Positions 13,731 to 25,780 of a stretch of DNA of 64,000 nt are shown here, in pieces. A program made the translations under genes and the position numbers. Positions within the stretch are counted from its first letter, which is position 1. Each line of letters opens with the position of its first letter. The notes beneath the pieces are model-generated. The model was given only the letters and a program-made list of their open reading frames with translations, had not been told where the DNA came from and ran no database searches. The stretch lies in the NCBI RefSeq assembly GCF_006345805.1, contig NW_021836134.1, forward strand, positions 1-64,000. Reading direction: 5' to 3'. This DNA is from Octopus sinensis (lineage: Eukaryota).

Positions 13731-13879
13731 AAACAAAGGTTTACCACTTTTAAAAATAAACTAACTTAATTTAAAATAAAAAATTTTTAATTATTAAATT
13801 GATTTCGATCCCAGGTTGAGAATATTTCAATTGGACTTAAGAAAATTATAAATCTCATTCCTGACTAAAAAAAGTTTTC

Positions 13880-14170
13880 TCCGACAGATTCTCTCCAAAC
13901 AAACTGATCTCGTCAGTTGCCGAGGCTGGGTCGGTGGCCAAACTCGCGGAGTTCAAAAAATTAAGAAAATACTCTTCCCTGACCAGAAATCATATTTTTG
14001 CGCCAATAGCGGTCAAGACATCTAGGGTAATAAGTTCGGAAACACTTTCTTTCCTTCGTCGGCTTAGGACGAAGATCGCCAAGAAAAGCAAAAATTCCAA
14101 CGAGACTCGTCATCTTCTCTAAGGAGTCTCGTTGGCGATCGCCCGGGGAACAGCCAGGATATCCTATGTG
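13880..14170 (+). mobile_element. CRE-clade retrotransposon 3' fragment (decayed RLE domain)
   Basis: AGSVAKLAEFKKLRKYSSL...FAPIAVKT...FLRRLRTKI...NETRHLL*GVSLAIARG, the AxxAExxKxxKY...FxPxAVET...QRLSLAIQRG pattern with an internal stop. Confidence 0.7.
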
Positions 14171-14307
14171 CCGGATATTCAAAATTGTGAATTCAAATTA
14201 AACTGTGTTAACAAAAACGTTTAAAAATCGCGAAAAAGAACCTCGAAATTCCATCCTCTCTAAATTCGAAAAATTAGCACTTTCGGGATTTATAAACCCT
14301 ACAAAAC

Positions 14308-15506
14308 ATGAAAGTAGTCCCGGCAATGGATTTGGTCGAGATTGTGAAAGGAGTAGCTGATAATAGAAAAGACGACGACGTCAACGACCGTTTCAACCAC
14401 TCCTACACAGCAATGGCTCTCATTTTGTTTGCACTAATTATGACTACTGAAAGCTATGTTGGAAATCCAATAAAATGCATGGTTGAAGGTGAAGCAGGTA
14501 ATTCTCATTTTCTAAGTTCAAAGGCATTGGTTCTTACGCCGAATCCATGTGCTGGGTTAAAAACACGTACCACGTCCCAATGAACCAACAAATCCCCGAA
14601 ACAAATTTTTACGAAGGAAAACCACAGCTGAGATACTACCAGTGGGCGCCGTTCATTTTCATCGTGTTTGCATTTATGTGCCAACTCCCACGTCTTTTTT
14701 GGAGGTCAAATAATGAGACGTGTGGCCTAAACCTGCAAAATGTTATCGAGATCGGGGAAATTTATCACAATGCAGAAGAAAGGGAAAAAAGAGACGACCA
14801 AATAAAACTAATCACCATACATTTCAATCGCTACTTCAATTTTAAGAACCGGCAGAAAAAAGGCTTTAACATTTTTTGGACAAAATCGCTCACTATGACT
14901 TATCTCTTTACCAAACTGCTATATTCTCTGAACGCTGTGGCACAGTTCTTAATAACAGATCTCCTGCTTTCAAATGGGAAATTAAAACTCTATGGTATCA
15001 CTTTACTCAGAAATCTTATCACTGGAGCCTCACCAGACTCAGGTTTCTTTCCAGGGCAGACTTTGTGCGACTTTAATGTTCGAAAAATAGGAATGGAGAA
15101 ATTTGGGCAAAACTATACTGCCCAGTGCGTTTTGTCAGTAAATTTTTATTTGCAGGCTATTTTTTCATTTTACTGGTTTTGGCTTGTTTTTGTGATTTTC
15201 TATAACTGTTCTAACACATCATATTGGATGTATCACCTTCTTTCAAAAACAAATTCTCGTTATTATGTCCGCAAACACATCCGTCGAGAACTTTTTTTAA
15301 ATTCTCAGAGTCAGGAAAATTGCAATGAAAAAGAAATGATGAATAATTTTATTAATCAGTACCTCAAAACTGACGGAATCTTTGCACTCAGACTCATGTC
15401 AAAAAATGTCAGCGACATTGTTTTGACTGACTTTATAAGTGCCCTTTATGAAAATTACAAAATCATGGAAATTGCTAAAAAGACCGAAAGCAGTTCTATT
15501 TTATAA
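14308..15506 (+). CDS. Innexin (copy 1)
   Basis: DDVNDRFNH, YVGNPIKC, CWVKNTY, YYQWAPF, FPGQTLCDF and QCVLSVN. Single 26-nt intron at 14498-14523. Start could be the Met at 14326. Confidence 0.95.
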
Positions 15507-15799
15507 TTCTTGATTTCTTAACGTTCCTTGGTTTTAATACAATTAATTTACTTATTTGCTTTTACACGACTTTACAGCGCCCTGCCTATCAAGTTCAATG
15601 TTTATCTGAAGACAAACTTTAATGGGAGACTCTGAAGCGTATAGATTTAATAGAATTTGACCATCTTTTCAAATATTCTCATGCTCACGTGCAGAGTTCT
15701 ATTCACTCTCGGTCTTATCTGACAATTTCATCATGGACTTTTGGTTTTGAAAATTTCGTGAATCATTGTGTCCAAAGCAATTGGAACGAGATCAAATAC

Positions 15800-16600
15800 T
15801 AAAAATCGCGCTGAATTTTCAAGCTGAGGCTGGCCAATGAATGCATTGAATAACAACCTTTTTTTAAAGTGTGAAAATTACCTTTGAAGAATCTTTTTTG
15901 CTGTGATTCCCGGATATGACACTTCCAACGATCCGCTTTTTCAGGTGCTATTTTTGTTTCCCTTGCCTTTGATACCAGTGCTGTCTTCTGCAAAGCACGG
16001 ATCTCCAGGAGAATACGCTACAAAAATTGAAAATTATTTCTGTAAAGCACTGCCAGAATATTCTTGTGTATTATTGAAAACCATAAAAGTTAGATAAGCA
16101 TTTATTAGTTTTAAATCTATTCTAATTGATTTTTTAAAGAAACAAGTTCTTGAGCGAGTAAATGCCAGAACAAGTGGCGTCCCAAACAAGGCATTTCCTG
16201 TCCGATTAAGAAAAGCCATGATTCTGTTTATACGTTCTGCTCCGGTAATTTGAACTAACTGAGGCGACTCATTTATAGTCTGATTTTGAGGGGATCCTGC
16301 ACCGTCTGCAGAATAGATCGGATATCCAGACACAAGCCAACTGTCATCGTCTAGCAAAGTCTCCAAGAGTGGAGATTGTACTGCATCTAGACAAAGTTGG
16401 CTAAAGGTAGGCATCCTTAGTGACAACAACTTGTCGGAAGCATCCTTTCAACAATGATCCATAGTAAGCTCCAGGAAGTAGCCCTTTTATAAGACAAGCT
16501 TCAGAAGAAGTACATGTTCTCCACATGAGTTGTAGATAGGCCTGAAAAGTGAGTCAGGTTGCCGCAAAAAATTCCCCAGAAGTGCACAATAAATAAACAA
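15800..16600 (-). other. Unassigned decayed ORF (possible transposon-derived relic)
   Basis: 131-aa open frame (LLSLRMPTFSQLCLD...DDDSWLVSGYPIYSADGAGSP) flanked by interrupted frames. No family recognised and no mini-introns evident. Confidence 0.25.
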
Positions 16601-16769
16601 AGTGCAAGTTTTGTATGTTCACGTCGAGGCCGATAAAGCAAAAAAACAGGTTACAAAGAAAAGATATTGGGAACCCCCAATGATAATGTCATTGAGAGCA
16701 ATTTGATTTTCTAGACAGCTCGATCGATTTTTGCAGAAACAACTTGATCACAGTTTTACCAATCAATAT

Positions 16770-17025
16770 AGAACTCCCACAAATGTAGGCCAGGCAGATC
16801 AGGCCAAAGATCTCTGGTGATCGTTCCAATCATGTTTATAGGATGCAGTCTCTCGTGAGGGGCTGTTTTTAATGTCTAGTTGATCGCATGGGGCTTGGCT
16901 TGAATGGCGTATCAGAGTTGGCTTAAAATTCCCATGTGACTTACATCCGTTGGGGATTCAAACCCCAAACTGTGACGGCACGACTTTTGACACCTCTGAG
17001 GAAAAGCCTCGATGTCAGACGGCTG
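16770..17025 (-). mobile_element. tRNA-derived SINE-like element (head 16943-17025)
   Basis: Head folds with an acceptor-like stem CAGCCGT/ACGGATG, T-arm TGGGG-TTTGAAT-CCCCA (B-box-like) and variable arm GTG-CCGT-CAC. D and anticodon arms are degenerate. Followed by a non-tRNA body; 3' end uncertain. Confidence 0.45.
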
Positions 17026-17629
17026 AGTATTTAAAAAACTATATTTTTAAACAAATTTATAATTCTGCAAACATTTGATTTACTGTCGTGTTTTGTTTGC
17101 GTGTGTCATTTTATGGTAGAAGTTGACACACTTAAGAGGAATTAATGTCTATTTACTTTCGAGTGGGATACTCAATTAGAAACTTCTGAAGCAATTTAAT
17201 TGTTATTTATTAAAAATAATCATTTAATCCGGTCTGGTTCTATAATCTCAATAATCCAGACTTAATCTAATGACAAAACTATCGACTAATCACTGAATCC
17301 CCATTGGAAAATCTTATTATTGTTGTCACGCTGTTGAACATTGAAAATCAGCTTTGATTGGCATTTCTGTCTCAATGATTTTATTTTTTGTGAAAAGGGA
17401 ATAATTATGTGAGTAATCCAAAACTCCCAAAATTGAATTTCGCTTTTTACAGGTGATAAACATTAATAAATTGAGGGCCATAGTGGAAATTTTAATTTTT
17501 AATTATAAAAGACAAGATCGATATAAAAGATGATGCAATGCAGGCTAAAAATTGCATCTTCTGTTAAATCTGAACGATCGTACAGTCTGAATTTATATAA
17601 CGCTCATTACGCAGAAAATAGTGTTCGTG

Positions 17630-18821
17630 ATGGATTTGGTTGACATTGTCAAAGGAATAGTAAATACAAGAAAAGATGATGACATCAACGACCGCTTTAA
17701 TCACTCGTACACAGCAATGGTCCTCGTCTTGTTTGCAGTGGTAGTGACCACCGAAAATTATGTTGGCAATCCAATCAAGTGCTGGACGCCTCCCCAATTC
17801 ACCGGTAACTTTTTTTTGATATGTAGACAATTTTAATTCTTACACCCATTCCATTTGCTGGGTCAAAAACACGTATTACATTCGATTGAACGAAACAATC
17901 CCTGAAACAGACTTTTACGAAAGGAAACCTCAGTTGCGATATTATCAGTGGGCTCCGTTTATCTTCCTCGTGTTTGCACTGCTATATCAACTCCCTTGTC
18001 TTTTTTGGAGGTCGAATAATGAGACATCGGGCATCAACCTCCAAAATATTGTCGAGATTGGGGAAAAGTACCACGAAGCAGAAACCAACGAAAACAGAGA
18101 CGAGCAAATCAAACTTATTACCAGACATTTTAATCGCTATTTTGGGCTTAAACAACGATGCAAGAGTGGATCTATCATTTGGAAAAAATCGCTCAGTGTG
18201 ACTTATTTGGCCACAAAAATGTTGTATTTCCTCAATGCTCTGGCTCAGTTCATAATCACCGATCTTTTGCTTTCCAACGGCAACTTGAGTGTCTATGGTG
18301 TTACTTTAGTGAGGGATCTTCTGTCTGGGAGGACACCGGAGTCTATTTTCTTCCCCAGACAGACTTTGTGTGACTTTTATGTCCGAGAATTGGGATTGGA
18401 GATTATTGGGACCAGACATACTGTTCAGTGTGTCCTTTCTATCAATTTGTTTTTGCAAGCCATATTTTCATTCTATTGGTTTTGGCTCCTTCTGGTCCTT
18501 CTCTATAATCTTTCTAACACATTCCATTGGATGGTCCACCTTTGCTCAAAAAGCAATTCTCGTTCTTATGTCCTCAAACACATTCGTCAAGAACTTTTAC
18601 TCAATTCCAATCCTGACAAGTGTTGTAGAAACGACCCGCAGATTAACAAATTCATCGACCAGTACCTCCAGACTGACGGAATCTTTGTATTGAGACTGAT
18701 TTCCCGAAATATCAGTGATATTGTTATGACTGATCTCACGAGCGCCCTCTATGAAAATTTCAAAATTATGGAAAGTGTGTCTAACCTGGAATCCAGTTTT
18801 AGTTTCGCTAAAAATGTTTGA
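17630..18821 (+). CDS. Innexin (copy 2)
   Basis: DDINDRFNH, YVGNPIKCWTPPQF, CWVKNTY, YYQWAPF and FPRQTLCDF. 22-nt intron at 17805-17826, in the same position as in copy 1. Confidence 0.95.
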
Positions 18822-19499
18822 TTTAATAATTTCTCTTTATTTTCCGAATGTTTGAGGTTTCTTGATCACAATCAAATAAATCGTTTTTTCGGCTAAGCTA
18901 ATTCCCCCGCTGATAAGTGATTTGCCAAAATATATTTACATTACTTTTATATCAAAAAAATTGTTTTCTTACTGCCTAGAATTTAATTCGTTAGAATGGC
19001 CGTACTACAGAAATACGGGCATACGTATCTACCAACAATTTTTTTCACTTGAGTTAAAAATTCACTTGGGATAACTGCGTAAACTGTGGCTCACTAAAAT
19101 ATATTGTAGGTTACCTTTTCTCCTGCCCACCCCGTCCGTTTCCTTTTATGGATATAAATTCGAGGCGGAACAAGAAAAAAAATATTTTCTTATATCTACA
19201 ATTTGATCTCCAAAATTTAAAGTCTCTTTATTAAGTGTGACGGAATTCAGATAAACAAATTTAATCGTGCAAGTTGGGTTGCAGATTATATATCAAATAT
19301 AAGTATTCAGATTATTTAGGGGTTTCGTTCTTATCTCAGCAAAATTTGCATCAAAAACAAGTTTAGCCAATTAATAGTCTTGACACTGGAAGAATTTAAT
19401 CTATACATCATTTGATCTCTACATGTCCCGTATAATAGATATAGTCAGAAGGTATCGACAAATTAGCAAGTTTTGCCTGACAGAAACAGATAAATTTAA

Positions 19500-20400
19500 C
19501 CTTTTTTTGTTAATTAACATTTTTAAAGATCCTGTGACCAAGGGCTGTTCATAATTTACCTAGAAGCGAAGTAATTTACGCCAACGACATTGATTTTGTC
19601 TGTCGAAATCAGAACTCATTTGAAAACTAACCGCGAATCGAGATGGTTTTTCGAGCGGATATCCCTTGCGATAGTACGCTCTAATTCTCTCTCGATCGCG
19701 TCGGCTCCCCGCCCATGAAGCTTTTAATTAATTAACTTGTAATTAAATACTTGTTTCATTAAAAAAAATTAAAAGTGATCTTTCATTTTTTGAAGGACTT
19801 GTCTCTGGTAATAAATTCAAACAAAACAAACTACCATATCCTTTGTCGGGACGAAAAATGAGAAAAAGTGAAGAACATGCAGGAAAGTTGGATCTATTCT
19901 TGAAGACTCAGAAAACGTCATTCAAAAAAGTGCAGCCTGTTACCTCTTTCGAGAAAATATGGACGATCTGGATGCGGCGCAAGTACGTAAAACACGCCTT
20001 CGAATTCGATTGTACAACTTCTTTGTCGAATCAATCTTGCTATATATCGCGGAGACGTGGGGTCTAACTGCCAAAAAACAAAAACAGCTCAACTCTTTAC
20101 ACAGAAAACAATTAAGACTAGTCCTAGGAAATGCTGGCCACAAAAGATGAACCACAAAGTACTCTAAAGAATTACTTATACATCCGAGATCGCAAAAAAA
20201 ATAATGTCCAAAAAATCGCTGTTCTTTGGACATGTCCTATGAGCCTCGCAAATGATGCCAGCCAATCAGGCCATGGAATCTTACTTCTGCTTACCAAACA
20301 AAACAACATATCTGGGCCGACAAAATATAACATTTGGATGACATATTTATCATGATATTTTTTATAATTTTTAAGCATCGAATTCACTTTGGTTTAAAAA
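19500..20400 (+). mobile_element. RTE-like non-LTR retrotransposon relic (RT C-terminal half)
   Basis: IYANDIDF (YADD-like) near 19575 and YNFFVESILLYIAETWGLT...LNSLHRKQLRLVL. Interrupted by a CRE fragment. Confidence 0.7.
19625..19790 (+). mobile_element. CRE-clade 3' end nested in the RTE relic
   Basis: RESRWFFERISLAIVRSNSLSIASAPRP*, then an AT-rich UTR and a short A-run at about 19780-19788. Confidence 0.65.
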
Positions 20401-20459
20401 CAACACTATTTAAATTTACCATTATTTAAGTTTTGAATAAAATTTCACTTGGCCGTGGT

Positions 20460-21275
20460 ATGTCGTTGGGGGATGAGGATGCATGTGATAACCAGGACAA
20501 TAAACGAATCGAACAAACTTCAACCGAGGAATTAGGGCTAAAGATAATTGTTATACAATATGATAACAAATATGACAGAAACGGTACCTGAATCCGAATT
20601 TTGATCTCTACAACATAACACACAAACCAATCACTCTCTCTCAAGTCGATGCTGACGGGGAATATACTCTATTCAACAAACTGATAGCTGAACTGGACAT
20701 TGGGAATATATCCGGCAAGACTGAGATAGTCTGCAATGCTATTCACGTGCTGGGAGTGTCTCACATGAGCACTGAAAATGTGTTCTCCTCGTTCTCTGAA
20801 TATTTCCCAGCAGAAGTGGAGTGGATCGACGACAATTCATGTGTCCCATTATAAGCACTAATCATAGGCAATGTCCTGTTCCCTTCCCCTACCCAAGTGG
20901 CCGAGTTGCTTGGGGAAATGTTGGTCCCGGCGGGAGATTGGGACTGTCCTTTCTCGGTCTCCGAATATGGAACTTTGGGCACTCACTGGAAGGTCTTTCG
21001 CTTAGCAGACGAGCGATTACTCCACATTCGACTTAAATTGATCAGTTTGATGGTCACGCGTCATTTCAGGTGATCGGAAGAGGGCTGGGGCCGAATCGCG
21101 GAGTGAATATTACCGTATTCACGGAAACCCCAACTACAAGAACATGAAAGGGTTGATAACAAGTTCTTATCGTTCACGTGCTAAACGGAGACCAAATCGG
21201 GGCAATGGGGCAAAACAGGAGTCGGGGAATAACGATTTGCGGAGTCTAATCAATCGAGCTGATCGTTTTTCTTAA
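20460..21275 (+). CDS. NCBP3: Nuclear cap-binding protein subunit 3
   Basis: AIHVLGVSHMSTENVFSSFSEYFPAEVEWIDDNSC and DRKRAGAESRSEYYRIHGNPNYKNMKGLITSS match NCBP3 (GVDEMST...IEWLDDTSC; YYMKYGNPNYGGMKG). Confidence 0.88.
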
Positions 21276-21397
21276 TTTTCTCATTCATTGTTTGTATTCA
21301 GTCGGGCTTGCTTTCTTCTCAGGGGGCACGTCGATGGTGATAAACGTGGAAATATTTGGTAGAAACACAGATAAAGAGAGTAAAATAAGCATGATTG

Positions 21398-23423
21398 TCA
21401 GAGAGCGTGGAATCGTTTCATGTTCATTCGTACCGAGCCGAGTTGTCTGTCAATTTCGTCCAAGCGAGTTTCGATTTCTTGCTAAGAAATGAGTGGGCTG
21501 ATTACGCGTTTGTTGCGATTTCTCAGTGACACCTTTCCACTCCCGAAATTGCAGGATATTCTAGAAAGCAGGGATGAGAGCTGCCATTAGTTGGGCTCAA
21601 ACCTCGTTTTTTTCGCTTATCAGTTTTTTCATCTCCTCTTTTAGATTATCCACCGTTTTTATAGTTGTGTTGTCGTTGTTTTTTGGACTTGACTTGGTTT
21701 GTTTCTTTTCGGCTAATTTTTCGTTGGATTGTGAGCATATTTTGCCTTCCCGAATCCGGTCGAGTGCAGCCGTGATTGCTGAATGCATTTCTAAGTCTCC
21801 TTCTGTCGGTGCTTCAAACGAACGAGCCTGCTTTTCTTCTAATTTGGGTGTCTCAAGTGTGTCTCTCTCATTCAATCTCGACCTTTTGAGGATTTCCTCA
21901 GCAAGGATCAGCGGGGAGTTAAATTGGTAGTTTTTGCTTGTCCCACTGAAGTAATCACGTGTAAAATTACTTTTCTGTGGTTACAGGTGTTTTTTTTGGT
22001 GAAGCATGGACACTTGTCGGCATTTTCGCTGATTCTCTGGTCCTCGCCGTCCTGTTAAGTCAGGGTCCGTAAAATACAGTTTGAAGTCCTCAACCTCATT
22101 TCTCAATTCCGAAATGACGTTTTCATTCCAAGCCAACTGCTGACGTAGTTTGGTCTCCTGTGCCATTCGGGTGTCCATTTCTATGCACATCTGGATGTGA
22201 ATGGAAATGATTACTTTTTCGTACTTTTGGCATTCGACGGTGAACTTTTCCTTCCAAATGGTTGTTTTCTAATTATAAACAAGACAGAAGACGTGGAGAG
22301 AGTTGTTAAGCTGGTCTTTCAAACTGTCACATTCTTGTTCTAACATTGAAATCGACTCGTTCTTTTCCACATTCTCAGCTCTCACCTCGTCGATTTTAGA
22401 ATTCAATTCGTTGATGATGGCTGTGCCTTGAGCATTTTGTTGTCTCCATCGTTGGAATGTCTGCCTGTTCTCCTCCAACTGTTCGTGCATCTCCTTTATG
22501 GTTCTGCCAACTCAAGGCCACAATCCAACTCGAGAGCTTCGTCATATTTGCTTTTTATTGCCTCGATATCTTCGGTAGAAACATTTTCCTGGATCTCCGC
22601 TTTGATCTTGTTTATTTCGACTTCAATAAAATGTTCTCTGGTCTCTGCGTCTCTTTTGAGTTGAGTGAGCTGGGTTTCGTAGTAGTTTTTGATATCTGCA
22701 AGATGCCTCGCGTGTTTAGTCTTGAGTTGACTGATTCTGAAATAGTTTACAAGTCACAAGCCTTTTATCCTCAGAATTGCTGTCCCTGTCCCTCGTCGGG
22801 TGAGGATTTTGAGCTTCATCAGTGGAACTATTTTTCAGTGTGTCGTGCAGTTCTGTTTTTGCAGTCTTTGAGTCATTTCCCAACAAATTTATGTCAGCAC
22901 AAACTGTAGGTGACTGAGACGTGGTCGGGTTGTAGGAGGAATTAAGCAAAGAGAAACGCTGGACATAATTAATTAATGGAAAACTAACTTGTTCAAATTC
23001 TTGGTGAATGTTCTCTTTCACGGAATCTTTAAAACAAGTCATCAAATCCAACAATTCCGACCGCAGTCCTTCCATCATGTTAAAATCAATCTATTGGGTA
23101 ATGATGTTAACAAACTGATTTGTTTGAAGCAATTTCCAGGTCGTCATGTTTACTATTATACTGGAAAAGTGTCTACCCTTGTTCGTCGTTCTCACTTTCT
23201 TCAAATTCCGAGGATTTACTGAAAGTGATTCGTTTAGGATTAGATATGGACTCTTGGTCGGTCACTTCGCTGTCTTCCAACACATCCTGAAGATAATTAA
23301 TGCTTGATATTAAATCCCGGTCGACATCTTCCCCAAATTCCACGTCAGTCAATTCCTTTTCTTTTGTGATTAGATTTGTAACCAGTAACCCATTTCCGTG
23401 TTCATTGGTGCTGACATTTCCAT
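21398..23423 (-). CDS. MPHOSPH9: M-phase phosphoprotein 9-like centriolar coiled-coil protein
   Basis: Long coiled coil. C-terminal QEIETRLDEIDRQLGSVRMNMKRFHAL* matches the MPHOSPH9 terminus (LEDRLERINRELGSVRMTLKKFHVL). Start inferred via a 29-nt first intron. Confidence 0.7.
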
Positions 23424-23575
23424 TATTTGTTGTCAAGGTGAATAGTCGTTTTAAATTCGAATGCGATTAAAATGGAATTGCGTTTATAAGTTTAACACTA
23501 CAGATTTATTATTTTTAGCAGTTCTGGTTGAGATATAGGCAGTAAAGGAATCTTTATTAAATAAACTAATAAGTA

Positions 23576-25094
23576 CAGTACCGCTCAAATGTTTCGGACC
23601 ACCCTATTTTTCTCAATTTCCAAGTCAATCCTAAATTATTTTTATACGGTTCTTTAGAGAAACTTATTAGATAAGCTTAAATACATTTATTCTATTCTAA
23701 AATTTTCTTTAAATATTTTTGTTTGGCGCCAATTGAATATAATTGATTTTTGACTCGATCATATGTTCCGGACCAGTTGCAATCATATGTTTCGAACCAG
23801 TTAAATCTCTTTAAATTTAAATAATTTTTGATTCAATTAAAAACAAAAGACTAATAAATAACAAATGCCGCGTGTTTCACTGGTTGATCGGGTCGCTATC
23901 ATCACTTTTTTTAAAGATGGAGCTTCACAAAGAGAAATTGCCGAAAAATTAAAAATATCCAAAACTGCTGTTCAAAGAACAATTTCCAGATATTCATCCG
24001 TTGGACTATATTCCGACAGACCCAAATCTGGTCGACCGAGATTGTTATCCCCAAGATCTGAACGCAAATTAGTGAGAATTTCGAAAGCAGACCCCACAAA
24101 AACGGCAAATCAAATTAAATTTGATATGAAATTAAATTCTATTGTAAGCACAAATACAATTAAAAGATGCCTACAAAGAAATAATTTGAATGGGCGAAAG
24201 CAATGCCCAAAACCAAGTCTTTCCATATGCCATAAAAAGGCTAGAAAAAATTGGTGCATTGAGAAATTAACTTGGAGCCAAAATGATTGGGGTAAAATTA
24301 TTTTTAGTGATGAATGCAAAATAAATTTGCATTCAAACACAAAAAATTATGTTAGAAGGCCACCAAACTCTAGATTTGACTCAAAATATTGTTTAAAAAC
24401 ACGAAAATTTTCTCCTAGCATTATGGTCTGGGGAGCTATTGCTGCAAATGGATGGAGAAACATTGTCTTATGCATTAAAAATGTTGATTCCGCAGAGTAT
24501 CAGAGAATTATAAATGTTGGACTCGAAAATTTTATGATGAGACCATGTATCTCCAGCAAGACGGCGCTCCTTCCCATCGGTCCATGTCGACAATGAATTT
24601 TTTTCAAAGGAAACAAATAAAAATCTTAGAAACTTGGCCGAGCCAGTCACCCGAACTGAATATTATTGAAAATATGTGGTCGGTACTAAAACAAAAACTT
24701 TATGATCTGGAACCAAAAGATCTTCCAGAGCTCTGGAATTTGACCAAAAAATTTGGTACGAGATTGATAATTCGTACATTGAAAAATTATACAATTCACT
24801 TCCAGAGCGAATAAATGCTGTTATAACGAACAACGGAGGAAATATTAATTATTAACTTTTTATAAGTTTAATAAATTTTCGGTTTTTTTTAAACTGGTCC
24901 GGAACATATGATCGAGTATAAAATCGATAATTTTAAAATTGCGCCAAACATGAATATCTGTCCAAGTTTTTAAAATAGAATAAATGTGTTTAAGCTTATC
25001 TAATAAGTTTCTCTAAAGAACCGTATAAAAATAATTTAGGATTGACTTGGAAATTGAGAAAAATAGGGTGGTCCGAAACATTTGAGCGGTACTG
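23576..25094 (+). mobile_element. Tc1/mariner DNA transposon, IR/DR type, 1519 bp, TA target duplication
   Basis: 203-bp TIRs (23576-23778 and 24892-25094) starting CAGTACCGCTC; the outer 106 bp are identical. TA on both flanks. Repeated motif ATGTT(T/C)C(G)GACCA inside the TIRs. Confidence 0.95.
23865..24855 (+). CDS. Tc1-family transposase, DD35E
   Basis: Paired-like HTH (SGRPR), FSDE, QDGAPSH, WPSQSPELNIIEN; 35 residues between the second D and E. Two -1 homopolymer gaps (about 24531 and 24750) interrupt an otherwise open frame. Confidence 0.9.
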
Positions 25095-25149
25095 TACTAA
25101 GTCTTGGATTGCCAACAATGGACGTCGCCCTGTAATATTCATCTCTAGC

Positions 25150-25330
25150 AAAACCCTGGGATGAGCTAGGATGATGTTATTTTGATTTCTAAAGGTGCCA
25201 GGTACTCAATGATCCGACCAACTTTAAAATCTCAACAACATATGCCAAGTGCTTCCGTCTTCGGCAACTCGGATTGTGGACAGAAATGAAAATCTTTAGT
25301 TATATTGATGACTTTCTGTTTTTAGTGACT
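25150..25330 (+). mobile_element. Possible DIRS/Ngaro-like reverse transcriptase relic
   Basis: Only LRQLGLWTEMKIFSYIDDFL (YxDD) is recognisable. Confidence 0.3.
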
Positions 25331-25780
25331 TGATCTGTACACGTGATCTGTCTGGACATGATTTTTCCATAATGATGAAAAATATACGCCACAATTCTGA
25401 TTTAGGAAGTCAGTGACAGAATGATGGGCCACATCAACCTAATGAAGAACATCGAGGACATTTGATATCTGTCCAGGAGGTTTAAATAATAACATTATGC
25501 GAAAATGAATAATCGACATATGGACAGCTCAATTTAATCTGAGGAATAAAACAATAAAAAAATAGATTCCTGAATAATTTTTGAGGTTGACCGAATTTAA
25601 TAAAATTGTCTTCTTTTCCACAGTAGGGTTAGTAAATAGCACATGTGTGATACCAGCACCTTCAGGCGGCAGAATATGACAATAGATTATACTAAGAACA
25701 AAAATAAGATATCGAATGTCCGCATTTTAAATATTTCTATTTTTATTAGTATTTAAAAGGGAAAAAAAGTCAGGACAAGC

